Origin: Camelus dromedarius
Lineage: Eukaryota
NCBI RefSeq assembly: GCF_036321535.1
Contig: NC_087436.1
Location: 10,912,001-10,976,000 of the forward strand
DNA length: 64,000 nucleotides
Direction: 5' to 3'
Positions 24,996-37,600 of the stretch are shown piece by piece. The first letter of the stretch is position 1; each line of letters begins with the position of its first letter. The notes beneath the pieces are model-generated. The model was not told the origin of the DNA. It saw nothing but the letters and a program-made list of their open reading frames with translations, and did no database searches. The translations under genes were made by a program, and so were the position numbers.

Positions 24996-27013
24996 AAGAT
25001 GCAATGACATGATACTATATATAGAAAACCCTAAAAGGTCCAGACAAAAACTACTAGAAATAATCAAAGAATTCAGCAAGGTAGCAGGTTACAAGATTAA
25101 CATTCAAAAATTAGTTGCATTTCTTTACACTAACGATGAATCAGCAGGAAAAGAAAGTAAAGAAACAATCCATCCCCTTTAAAATAGCACCCGAAGTAAT
25201 AAAATACCAAGGAGTAAATCTAACCAAGGAGGTGAAAGACTTATACATGGAAAACTATAAAATGCTGAATAAGGAAATTAAAGAAGACTTAAAAAAAATG
25301 GAAAGGTATCCCATGCTCCTGGATTGGAAGAATCAATATTGTTAAAATGGTCATACTGCCCAAGGCAATCTACAGATTTAATGCAATCCCTATCAAATTA
25401 ACCAGGACATATTTCACACAACTAGAACAAATCATAATACAATTTATATGGAACCACAAAAGACCTAGAATTGCCAAAGCATTACTGAAGAAAAAGAAAG
25501 AGGCTGGAGGAATAACCCTCCCAGACTTCAGATAATACTATAGAGCTACAGTAATCAAAACAACATGGTATTGGTACAAAAACAGACATATGGACCAATG
25601 GAACAGAATAGAGAGCCCAGAAATGAACCCACTAACTTTTGGTCAACTAATCTTCAACTAAGGAGGCAAGAATATACAATGGAATAAAGACAGTCTCTTC
25701 AGCAAATGGTGTTGGGAAAATTGGACAGCAGCATGTAACTCAATGAAGCTAGAACACTCCCTTACACCATACACAAAAATAAACTCAAAATGGATCAAAG
25801 ACTTAAACATAAGACAAGATACAACAAACCTCTTAGAAGAAAATATGGGCAAAACATTATCTCACATCTCAAAAATGTTCTCCTAGAAGAGTCTACCCAA
25901 GCAACAGAAATAAAAGCAAGAATAAACAAATGGGACCTAATGAAACTTACAAGCTTCCGCACAGCAAAGGAAATCTTAAGTAAAACAAAACGACAACCTA
26001 TGGAATGGGAGAACATTTTTGCAAATGAAACCGACAAAGGCTTGATCTCCAGTATATATAAGCAGCTCATATGACTTAATAAGAAAAAAACAAACAACCC
26101 AATCCCAAAATGGGCAGAAGACCTAAATAAGCAATTCTCCAAGGAAGACATACAAATGATCACTAGGCACATGAAAAAATGCTCAACATCACTAATTATC
26201 AGAGAAATGCAAATCAAAACTACAATGAGGTATCACCTCACACCAGCCAGAATGGCCATCATTCAAAAGTCCACAAATGACAAATGCTGGAGAGGCTGTG
26301 GAGAAAAGGGAACCCTCCTACACTGCTGGTGGGAATGCAGTTTGGTGCAGCCACTGTGGAAAACAGTATGGAGATTCCTCAAAAGACTAGGAATAGACTT
26401 ACCGTATGACCCAGGAATCCCACTCCTGGGCATATACCCAGAAGGAACCCTACTTCAAAATGACAGTAGCCAAGACATGGAAACAGCCTAAATGTCCATC
26501 AACAGATGACTGGATAAAGAAGCTGTGGTATATTTATACAATGAAATACTATTCAGACATAAAAACTGACAACATAACACCATTTGCAGCAACATGGATA
26601 TTCCTGGAGAATGTCATTCTAAGTGAAGTAAGCCAGAAAGAGAAAGAAAAATACCATGTGAGATCGCTCATATGCAGAATCTAAAAAAACAAAAACAAAC
26701 AAACAAAAACACATAAATACAAAACAGAAACAGACTCATAGACATAGAATACAAACTTGTGGTTGCCAAGGGGGCATGGGGTAGGAAGGGACACACCGGG
26801 ATTTCAAAATGCAGAATAGATAAACAAGATTATACTGTATAACACAGGGAAATATATACAAGATCTTATGGTAGCTCACAGCGAAAAAAAATGTGACAAT
26901 GAATATATGTGTGTTCAAGTATAAGTGAAAATTGTGCGCCACACTGGAACTTGACACAACATTGTAAAATGATTATAACTCAATCTAAAAAATGTTAAAA
27001 TAAAATAAAATAA
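24996..27013 (+). mobile_element. Young 5'-truncated camelid L1 (ORF2 C-terminal half plus 3' UTR), frameshifted
   Basis: ORF track gives L1 ORF2 peptides ([43 protein letters not shown]). TSD taaatacacagc (24984-24995) / taaacacacagc (27014-27025). Confidence 0.96.
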
Positions 27014-28174
27014 TAAACACACAGCCCGAGAAAAGGACTACTGATGTGGGATAGGGAATCCAGCAGAAATTTTGGCTGTTTTTTGGGAGCCAAAGATAAA
27101 AGATTAGTGAGAGGAGGAGCCAGGATCACAGTGACCAAACACGAAGATGGCACATGCTTGTTTTCACTCTTTATGATATTTGCAGAGTCTGAAGTTGCAC
27201 ATGCGTTTGGCGTCTAAGACACTAAGAAGAAAGCTTCTGAAATGAAGGGCAGGATTCTCAGAGGTCTTGCCCTGACTAACTGTGCTTAGTACTTGTGGAT
27301 ACACCAGTGGAAGGCTCTGGATGTCTGTGCCTCGGCAGCTGAGTACCCCTGCAGGGGACAGAGTCCACTAGGACTAGAGTTAGCTCGATCACTGATTGGA
27401 TGGATGGCAATGATTGGCCACCTCTCCATTTTATCTGCTTAGCAGAAGAAATGTTGACAACTCTTTGAACTTGGATGAATCATCTGGAGCCTCTACAATT
27501 TTTATACACAATTACTAAAATCCAGAGAAAAGAGTGCCACTGAAAAGAAGCTCGCAGTAATTCAGTTGTTGGCAATAGCAGACAAAAACTTAAAAATAAT
27601 CCTGATTAGCATGTGCAAAGTCACAGAAAAAGATGGAGAAAATGGAGAAATTAGTATCCACAGAAAGAATGAAATGCACATTTGAAAACAGAAAACTATA
27701 GTAATTAGAGTAACAACCCACAGGCGAGCCTGACAGCATAACAGGCACAGTGAAGGAGAATATTAGTAAACTAGAAAAAAAGGTCAAATGAGAATTTCCA
27801 AATAAGCATAGAGAAAAATAAAAAGTGGAAGAGTGAAACAAATATAAGAGCCATGCTGGGCACAGTGAAACTATGTGTTAAACGTATAATTGAGATTTCA
27901 GAAAAGGAGAAAAGGAGGCAGGAGAGCCATATATCAAAAATCCACCATGAATTTCACTTGATGAAAGACATCAACCCACAAATTCAAGAAGCTCTCCAAA
28001 CTCCAAGAAAGATAAACCAAAAGAAAATCATACGTAAGAACACCAAAGTAAAACTGAAAAAAAAAAAAATAATAAAGACAAATGAAAAATTTTAAATCAG
28101 CCAAAAGACACATTACCTTTAATGGAAGACTGGCAGGTCTGACAGAAGCCAGAGTCAGACTCCCAGAAATGGTA

Positions 28175-28490
28175 AATAATCTTACGGTTAACTGGGAAAA
28201 AGGGTAAGGAAGGGATAAATTTGGAAGTTTGAGATTTGCAAAGGAAACTACTATAAACAAAAATAGATAAAAACAAATTTCTTCTGTGTAGCACAGGGAA
28301 CCATATTCAATATCTTATAATAACTTTTAATGAAAAAGAATATGAAAACAAATATATATATATATATGTATATTTATAAGCATGACTGGGACATTGTGCT
28401 GTACACTAGAAATTGATACATTGTAACTGACTACATGTCACTTTAAAAAAAATTAACTATCATTAAAAAAAAAAAAGAAAAGAAAGAAAA
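28175..28490 (+). mobile_element. Camelid L1 3'-UTR fragment
   Basis: ggaagggataaatttggaagtttgagatttg...gcacagggaac...acattgtaactgact plus A tail; homologous to 34190-34648 and 41629-42217. Confidence 0.88.
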
Positions 28491-31269
28491 CCAAGGTAAA
28501 ATGTGGAAAGAAAATAACTACCAAACAAAAATTCTTTGCCCAGATTAAATAGTCTTTAAAAATAAAGGCTATATAAAAATATTTTAGACACATAGAGAGT
28601 GAGATAGTTTGTTGACAGGAAATGTGCAATAAAAAAGATATATGACAACCTACATAACAATTTTTATGAAAATTATAACAAGTGAATCATTGAGAATGCC
28701 CCTAATTGAAAATACCAGATGTTTAAAATTGAAAGCACAAACTAAATTCAACCTTCATAGAACATTACTTCTCTAACTGAAAATATCTGAAGTTTAACAG
28801 TTAACTAATTAACAATATTTGTTAGATAGTTCTTTCTCTAGTATTGAAATCGCTTCTGCACGCTCTCTCATTTACTGCGCACCATTCCCTGTGGGAAAGG
28901 CAGGGCAGGATACTGTCATCTTTATTTTATGTAAAATGATACCACTATTCAAGAGGCTCAGAGGCTCACCCTCAATCAGAAGACCAAGTCAAAGCCAGAA
29001 CACATGCTTCCTACTCAGTGCTCAGCACTCTGACACTGGGAAGTGGAAACTGAATTAATAGTATCAAGGAAGTCCATTAAGTTGCAAAATGTGTCCAATA
29101 TGTAACAATGGCATAATTCTGGCTCCTGGGAATTTTTTTCTCATTAAAAAAATGTCCCTTTAAAAATCATAAGATAAAAAATTATCTTAGCCCTATTAAT
29201 AAGATATCATCATGTTCCTAAATATTTTAATGATTCCAAAACTGTTGATTTTTCACTCTGAAATTATAATTCCAGAAAAAGCTGAAATGCCAAAACCTTT
29301 CAGCCAAAAAGCTTTTACTGACCAATTTCCATATCCAAGGCCTACACAAAAGTTAAAATCACAATGTTTTGTGATCCATAAAGCATCCTTAAGCTAGAAT
29401 TTGAATTACACCACAGAAAAGACCATAAAACAAATTTCTGATTGAGTTCAAGACACAATTTTGCCTCAAGGAAAGTGAAGAGAGTTTTACTGTATCACAG
29501 AAATCCTACATTATCTGTTCAAATCAGACACCTGAAACAATGAAAGTAAGGGGCCACAAAATAGTATAAACTTAATGCCTCAGACATAATCTTTTCTTGG
29601 AAATCTTCCAGTATTCTGACACAATGCTCTTGTCCATGACCTTGGGACATCACCATTGCCTACTCTGGAAAATGTACTATATATATTATAGTTTTGTTAC
29701 TGTCTTGTAACACAGATCCCTCCCCTTCCTCTCATCTTTCCCAATTCAGAGTCCTAGTGTAACAAAATAGCCAAAATATTTGTGAACCACATTAAAAAAA
29801 GTTAGGAGAATGTTACTTCATATGTTTTCAAAAATAATGTTGTACCACCTATCAAATATACCAAACAATATATGTTTATAAGATACTTACATTTTCTAAG
29901 GACTTTCCTCACATATTCTAGTACATGTGTAGTGAAGTAGCAAAATATTCTTGACCTTCTGGGATAAACACTTTTGAAATATGATGAAAGATTTCCAATA
30001 TAAAATATAACCTGTTACCCTTAATGTACATTTCCATATAAAGGGGGTAAAACACCTTAATGTTAAAGGAAATAGCACTGGCCAGAAACCATGAGCCAGT
30101 TACCATATACCTCCTGCTTATCACTGTTGGCTGATTGTGAGATCAGCATTATATGCATTTTACAGAAATGTACATTATTATGTCGAGTACAGCCCATCCC
30201 ATGAGCACATCAGCAGATTGTATGTTCACTGAGCGAGTTTTAAAGAGATTCTGGGACTACAGTATTTAAGGAAACCAGCCAATGAGAGCGACAGGCTCTC
30301 TAGCAAACTTCAGGTAAAGGTCTCTACGCTTTACTATAAAGAAATGAGTACAATAAAGTTAGGAAGAAATAAAACTTTTGAAGAAACAGGTGGAGCCCTT
30401 GTCATAAGAAGTCAGAAAACAAATAATAAAGTAAAAAGTTTATTTCTGAGATGATGTTGCTGCCAAGCCCTGAAGTCCTGGATAAAGAATGGCTCTCTCT
30501 GGTTACATCACGGGTCTCTCCATGTAACACAACACAATCAAACATTCAGTTACGCCCTTCCCAGGAGGAGAGACAAGCGTGTAAAAGCGACAACGAGCAA
30601 AACTGATGTGACATCCTCTGAGATAGATCTTAGTTCCGCCGTTTATATTTAGTAAAACCTCCTCCCATTATCTTATCCAGGTTCTTTTTCACTTCCACCA
30701 CATTTCTTAATCCAATCACTTTCTATCATATCCGTTCTGCAAAGACCTCAAATTTATCAGAAGAGCAATCACTGATGAAGAAAATTTACTTTGATACCTC
30801 TGGCCGAGAAAAGCTTACTTAGGTACACCTGTCTTTAAAGAAAAATAAACAATCTGAAAGAAAAGCAGCACGTCTTCAATAAAAAGAAATTAAAATGACC
30901 CTTCGGATTATAACCGTGACTGTTACTTTCTTATACCCTAATATTATCTTAAATGCTGAAATATCAAATCTGCATACCAAGAATCTCGTTAGTATTCAGA
31001 GATCCCTTATTATACACTGAAGTCATGAATATGAAATAGCTCTTAAAATTTTAATTATTTTAGATTCCAATGGCAGTGGATGAAACTTCCCCCAAAATGA
31101 AGTAACTGAACCCTGAAGTAGCAAACTTTCACTTCCTTCCACCTTATTCACAAAGGTTTCCTTTTGGAAATAAATTGACATTAAAATCAAATACGCCAAT
31201 GGGTATGGCTACTTTTCTGGGATCTGAACATTGGACTCTGCCCAAACAGGAAGGATTCATCGGTAAAAC

Positions 31270-33130
31270 ATGCGTGAAAGCCGCAGGCGGCGCGGAGGCG
31301 TGGGTGCGGGCACGGCGGTTACCAGTCTCAGAGGTGGCACCCCTCTAATCTAAGGGACTTGAGCCGGTTCCCAGTTCTTTCCTCTGTCAGCCCGCAGAGC
31401 TCTGTCATAGACCATCTTCCGGATCTCAAAAATATTTACAAAGCAAACCTCTTCCGGAACTACTGAATAACAAAAGGGATTGCAGGAAGACGCGGATCCC
31501 CCTAACTATAAACTGGACGTGCCTCCAACTGCATCCACCTGCCACAAACAAGCCTGGAGAAAAGCGCTTTGGCAACCAGAAAACAGAGCGAGAGTGAGTC
31601 TCCCTAAGTTTGCTCTTTCACTCAGAACACTTGGGGACAAAACTTGGGTTTCTTCTACCTCGATTGGTCACTTCACTTCCTGGAGCTTAAGAAGCTCGCT
31701 CTGCATCTGGACTACTGCGACACTCACCCGTGGGCGCAAGACCCTTCTGGCGTCTCAGTCCCGCCCGCAGTAGCAACGCGCTGGCATCCCTGTCGGGCGG
31801 AGGGTGCCAGGACCCGATCCCCCTCGACGGTCGCCGAGAGCCCGACGCAGGGCTGAGCGCCCCGGCGCCAACCCAAGACAAAGGCTGCGCTCTGCGGCCG
31901 GCGGCGCGCCCTCCGCGGAGAATCGGTGTCCGAGCCCGTCAAGCCCACGCCGGAGCCTGTCAAGGGACTGTCATCTATTCCGCGCTGTCCGAGGGGCGCG
32001 GTCGGTGACTAGCATGAAGCGGGTGTCAGCAGCGGCCGCGCACCGGGCACCCACCAGAAACCGCTGGCGCGCAGGGCGAGCGCCGGCGGGCAGGTGGGCA
32101 AGGGTAACCGCCCAGGCAGCCGCGGAGGAGGTGGGTCCCAGCACCACCGCGAACGCGGGCTGGGGGCCCCCGCTCCTGCGAGGACTCTCCGGGCACCGGC
32201 ACCTGCTGCCTGCGCTCTGGCGCTGGCGCCACGCCAAGCCCCGCTCGGGTCGTGGACCCAGGCGCCCGGGACGGCGGGCTGAGCGGGTGCCGACTCGCAG
32301 CGGCGCTGCCTGGAGGATCTTCACGGTCACTCACCGGCGGAGAGCGAAGCCGCTCAGGCGGCCGCGGGGCTGCGCGCCGCCCGCATCCCGGGGCGCAGGC
32401 ATCCTCCCATCCTTTGTCAGCGGCGGGCGGAGCGCTCCTCCCCGGCTGGCGGACGGACGGCCGGCGGCAGGCAGCCGACTCCGGCTCCTCTTCCCAGCCT
32501 CTCCCCTCCTCTCCCCCCTCCCCTCCTCCGTCCCCCTCGCGGAGCCGGCACTCACTCGCTCCCATGATGTCATCCGGTGGAAATCTGCCATGCTCAAAGA
32601 CTGGCTAACCCGGCGCGCACGCGGGGACGCAGAGCGGGCGGAGGCGGCGTGGAGCCGGAGGCGCACCCGCGAGCCCGGCGGGCCAGGATCGCGGGAGTCA
32701 AGGACAGGACCCGGAGGGGTCTGCCGAAAGGTCGCTCCCAGGGTGTGTGCGGGCAGGGTTGGGGTGGAGCCTACGAAAAGTGCGGGTGCTGCTGCAAGGA
32801 TGCCTACCAAGGTGCTCAGACTGACAGCAGATGCTGAGGGCGAGGAGAAAGTTTTTTGGCTTCTCAGAGGCTCCTGCGCCCCAGCACGCCAATGGACACC
32901 TACGTTGCAGCCAGGAGGACGACCAGAACCTCCAGGACTCCGGAGCCCCAGCCTTAGTGAGAAAGTTTAGGATGTCTGGCCGGTGGTAGCCTCAGGGACG
33001 AGCAGCTCGAAGGATGAAGAAAAAGGCGTGTACTGTTTATGGGCGAAAGAATCTGAAACAAAGCGCTGGGAAACTAAGGGCCGCGATGACCCAGGAAATT
33101 AACACGGAAAAGACTGCGGCTCCCTAGGGA
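31270..33130. promoter_or_regulatory. CpG-island promoter of a minus-strand gene
   Basis: Abrupt GC- and CpG-rich block in an otherwise AT-rich, CpG-depleted window. It carries GC boxes (ccgccc/gggcgg), an inverted CCAAT (cgattgg at 31661) and a CRE-like TGATGTCA at 32565-32572, and contains minus-strand splice donors. Confidence 0.93.
32335..32560 (-). other. First exon (probably 5' UTR) of an unidentified minus-strand gene; 5' boundary approximate
   Basis: Donor CCG|GTGAGT (plus strand actcac at 32329-32334) lies in the core of the CpG island, preceded on the minus strand by a purine-rich leader. The TSS cannot be fixed from sequence. Confidence 0.7.
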
Positions 33131-33408
33131 GAAGCCAAAAGCAGAAATTCATCCGTGGCCTTGCTTTGTGCCGCCTTTCCTCCCCACCAAATACTGTTGG
33201 ACACCCTAGAGATGACTTCCTTTTGGCTTGGCCCCAGGGACAGCTGCAGCTGATAAAACCATTTAAATCGCAAGAGGTTCATTAAGAGCCATAAAAGATG
33301 TGTTGTTAATTTTTTGCTTAATATTCTATATAATGTCAATAGACGTTTTTATCAGAGGAATAAGAAAACAGCCTCAGTACTTCTGAAGTTTCCCTGGTAT
33401 TAAGGGAA

Positions 33409-33467
33409 ACACACACACACACACACACATACACACACACACACACACACATACACACACACACACA
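33409..33467. repeat. (CA)n microsatellite just upstream of the CpG island
   Basis: Direct inspection; two TA interruptions. Confidence 0.95.
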
Positions 33468-34189
33468 ACCCCAGACCTGAGATCCAGTCCTACATCAATC
33501 TAGGATGACTTCATGTTAAAAAATTCTGGCTATTCAGAGAACAGAGCTTAACAAGTGATAGCTTGTGCCCTTATCAATCAATGCTTCAAAGAATCTCTTG
33601 AGGTCCACAGTATTACCTACCACTCTCCTGGAAGACGCTAAGGACCCAGAGGAGACCACCAGCAGACAATGCTGATAAGGCAGGCTGCCCTGAGAGTCCT
33701 AGGTAGGAACAGGCACTTCGCCACCAGGTTCGTCCACCATCACCCTTTATAAGGAGAGACGAGGAACAGCATTTATTGAAAATACGGGTGCAATGAGGAA
33801 CTCCTTAATCTTTGTAAACACAAGGACACAATATAATAACAACTTGAAGGCTCATCACTGTATTAAACAGATGTTATTATACATTATGAAATTGTGAGAT
33901 CCACCAGGATTTTTCTTAGGAAAAGTTAATAAATTGTAAAAAAGCAGAATCAGAAATTGTTTTTAAAAATAAAGTATCAAAAAGGCCATGATGCATATAG
34001 TTTGTAAATAATACAGGAAATCTGCAAGTGTTAGTTTTCATTTATTTATGTTCAAATTGAAATGTTTTGGGTATCATTAATATATTAGAAATAAATACTT
34101 AGCATCCTTGTTAACATCCTTACTTTTAAAAAAATACATTTTATGGCTGAGTAGCATGCATTTTACATGTCTTTTTGTACTTTCCTTCA

Positions 34190-34648
34190 ACTCAGCCATA
34201 AAAAAGAATGAAATAATGCCATTTGCAGGAACATGGATGGACCTGGAGATTGTCATACTAAGTGAAGTAAACCAGAAAGAGAAAGAAAAATACCGTATGA
34301 TATCACTCGTATGTGAAATCTAAAAAAATTTAAAAAGAGGACACTAATGAACGCACCTACAAAACAGAAACAGACTCGCAGACATAGTAAACAATCATGT
34401 TTACCAGGGGAAAGGGGGTGGGAAGGGGTAGATTTGGGAGTTTGAGATTTGCAAATGTTAGCCACTATATATAAAAATAGATTATAAAAAAACATATTTC
34501 TTCTGTATAGCGTAGAGAACTATACTCAATATCTTGTTACAAGCTTTAATAAAAAGGAATATAAGTATGTATATACATGACTGGGACATTATGCTGTATA
34601 CTAGGAACTGACACATTGTAACCGACTATACGTCAGTAAAAAATAAAA
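34190..34648 (+). mobile_element. Camelid L1 3' fragment with rearranged 5' junction
   Basis: ORF2 tail peptide (AIKKNEIMPFAGTWMDLEIVILSEV), 3' UTR and A tail. Confidence 0.92.
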
Positions 34649-37600
34649 TAAAATGCATAAGAAACTTTTAGAAACAAATATTTTTAAAGGTCAAAATAAT
34701 GAAGAATTTTAAAATTTACAGCAACTAGATGAAAAAGAACTAAGAGAGGTAAGAATTTGGTAATGTGAGCAATGACCATCTTTGAGAATACACAAACAAT
34801 CTAATTGCTTGAAAAGCGGTAATTAGAACTGTTAATGATGCTGTTCTAAGTATATCAGAAGGTTAAGTTGTAAACCTTCTTTCCTAGATTGCTTCTCTGT
34901 TGCCCCATCTATCTTCATTACTTCTGTTTCTCTTACTGTTCTTCTCGATTCACTGGCCTAATACACAAATGGGAGACAAGAACAAGGTCAGTAGAAGGTT
35001 AGCAGATCTGGGGAACTCAGACAACCAAAAAGATCAGAAAATGTATCCTTCAACTTTTTTTAACCACTGTTTTAAAGGGTTAAAGCAAAATCTCTATCTC
35101 TTACTTTAAGAAAAATGAAATGCATTCATATGTGTTCATTTATTTGGTCCTAAGGAAAGTCTTAAGTTGTATGATTCTGGCCTTCTTTGAGAATTAAATT
35201 TATTGTGTCGTGGTCCTCACCACAGCCCTTGATTTTAGCAAAGTAAATTTACTACATCTCTTCAAGAACTTCTTTCTCAGTGTGTGTTAACCTACCAAGA
35301 TCCTTGCCTATGCCACTGACATTTCCCACTTCTGAGCATGTTTTTTTCTTTATTTGTAATTTTTAAGTCGTGCTGCTTGAATATTTCAAGATATTTTTTA
35401 TCCAAGTTGGTAGCTATAAATAACTAAAATAAAGCATCCAATTGTTACATCGAAAGAAGTCTCAAAATTCTTAGGAAAAATTGACATCCAAACTCAAATC
35501 TTGCAAACCTAACTTGGGTTCTAATTTCATTTAAATGGTGAATATATTATTAAAGGTTGAAATTGAAGATTCAGAGTGGAAATATTAACTCTCCCTCAAT
35601 TATTGATGCTCTGCTGCACTGTTTCATACTGATACATGATTGTCTGCACAAAAACAGTGACTGTTCTGGGGGGAAATAAACATATTTTAGTATTTTCCCT
35701 TGTGGATTTCACGAAATATGAAATATTTATTCTTTGGTTTTATCCAAATTAATAGATTCACTAATAGCTAGTAACTTTTTCAAAGCAAGTTTTCCTAGGT
35801 ATGAATTTATTATTACATAATAAGCAAAACTAGTACTATTAAGCCCTTATGACATGTCAGATACTGTGCTGAGTGCTAACATGCATTAGTCCACTTGAAA
35901 TTTAAAACTGCCATGACACGAATATCTTATTAACTGCTCTTGAAGATGAGGAAACAGATACCTGAAGAGGTTACAAGAATTGTCCAGGCAACTAAACCAG
36001 TAGCAAGTCGGATTTAAGATTTTATTCTATCAACTTAACACATAAAGACTGTCCCTGTAATAGCATACTAGCAAGTTTTAGATAATTTTTTCTCTAAAAA
36101 AATTAAAACCACGATGATTTTCTATATACATATTCTACTTAGTAAGGTGGACAACATGCTTTTGTGAACTTTTCCATCAGTTACTCAATCCATCATAAAA
36201 AATTTATTTCCATTATCCCTGTTAATGAAACACTTCCAAAATTATTTACAAAGAAAAGAAATCTCAGGATACCAAATAAATTTTAGTTTCTTATCTCTCC
36301 TTAAAGAGTTTCAGACCGAAAGCAAGATGTGGTGACTTTATACTTGGAGACAGATCACAGTAAAATGAAATTTGAAAAAAGAACCATAAACAACTTAAAT
36401 AAAGACGAAGTCTACCTCAGCAACTCACTTTTCCATACAATGAGTCCACTAGTGGATCTGGGAAGGCAAACACACATCCAAAGGGAGGCTTCCCTCCCTA
36501 CTGTGGATATTAACAAGGAAAATCGATCCTTTTACACATTGTATCTCAAAGGATCCATTTGTTTGTATCATTGAAAATAATATTCCTTGGACACAGATGT
36601 ATAACCAAGCTTCTTTAAATAGAAAGGTTTAGTATATAGATTTTTTTTCCTGAAGTCCCTTTTTATCTTTCTTTTTTGATAATTGGCTGATGTTCAGCAA
36701 CACAAGGGTTATTTGAATGGATTTGTGGAAAGGTCAAAAGGTACACATTACAGATTATCATTCTTTGAAGGTATGCTGCTAACCTAGCTTTTTGTATTAT
36801 TGATTTCTTATTTATGAAATAAAAATGTAAACAAATAATGGGAATCCTTATATTCATAATCTATGTAAGCAGAGAAATTAATTTATTGCACACATGTGAT
36901 CTAAATATTAATGTTATCCTGACTCTGGCTTCAGTATGTCCTTCTGTCAGTAAACATGCTTATTTTACAGGACAGGTGGCCCATCCCATGTCATTTTCCA
37001 GGTGCTCATTTTCCAGATGCTCTGTCTCAGGTGTCTGTAGCCGGTCATTGGCAGTAACACGGCACAGAAGTGGTCATCATAGAGGAAACACTTGTTTAAA
37101 GGTAGAGGAAATGATGAGGAAAAAGTCTCGACACGGGCACAATGCTTGCGACAAGAAAAAGGAAACTATGTACAACAGCAGGCTATGAAAAAATGTACGT
37201 ATACAATGTCTCCTAAAATTAAAGTATTCTGAAAATAGAGATGCTGGTTTTCCTAAACATATGTCAATTCCTCATCATATTAAGTGGGAATTTTTCTTAG
37301 TCAAATGCTCATGATATTCAGCTGTTATAGTAACATCAGTGATCTGCCTTCAATATTTCCACCCAGATCTTGTGATCATGTATATATCTTCAAATTTCTT
37401 CAATTACCTTTGCTGATCCCCTGTACAGGCATGGAATTAAGAACAACACAGAAAAGAATATTCACACACAGGAAGATAGTTCTCTGATTTTTGAATCATA
37501 GTTCTTAATCTTATAGCAGACTACTTTTCTAAGACTACATTTTTTTAACTATTATGAGAGAAAAATGCTGATAAAACATATTTACTAAGGAAAGACTCCA

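Larger units (their letters stand above)
24784..28640 (+). mobile_element. Old L1M 5' UTR/ORF1 remnant hosting younger L1 insertions
   Basis: ORF1-like translation near 27960-28050 (MKDINPQIQEALQTPRKINQKK) resumes after the inserts at 24996-27013 and 28175-28490. Confidence 0.65.

Noticed and set aside
24901..26684. Reverse-transcriptase-like ORFs as a functional gene or retron-like system
   Set aside because: They are frameshifted fragments of a 5'-truncated L1 ORF2; the same applies to 44656-46061.
32335..32560. Assigning a gene symbol to the minus-strand gene
   Set aside because: No recognisable coding exon is in the window and I do not reliably recognise the exon-1 sequence; BLASTN is needed.
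31804..32970. 388-aa plus-strand ORF and overlapping 100-180 aa ORFs on both strands
   Set aside because: It lies wholly in the CpG island, where stop codons are rare. It starts at GTG, is Arg/Ala/Pro/Gly-rich with no recognisable domain, and is antisense to the spliced first exon.
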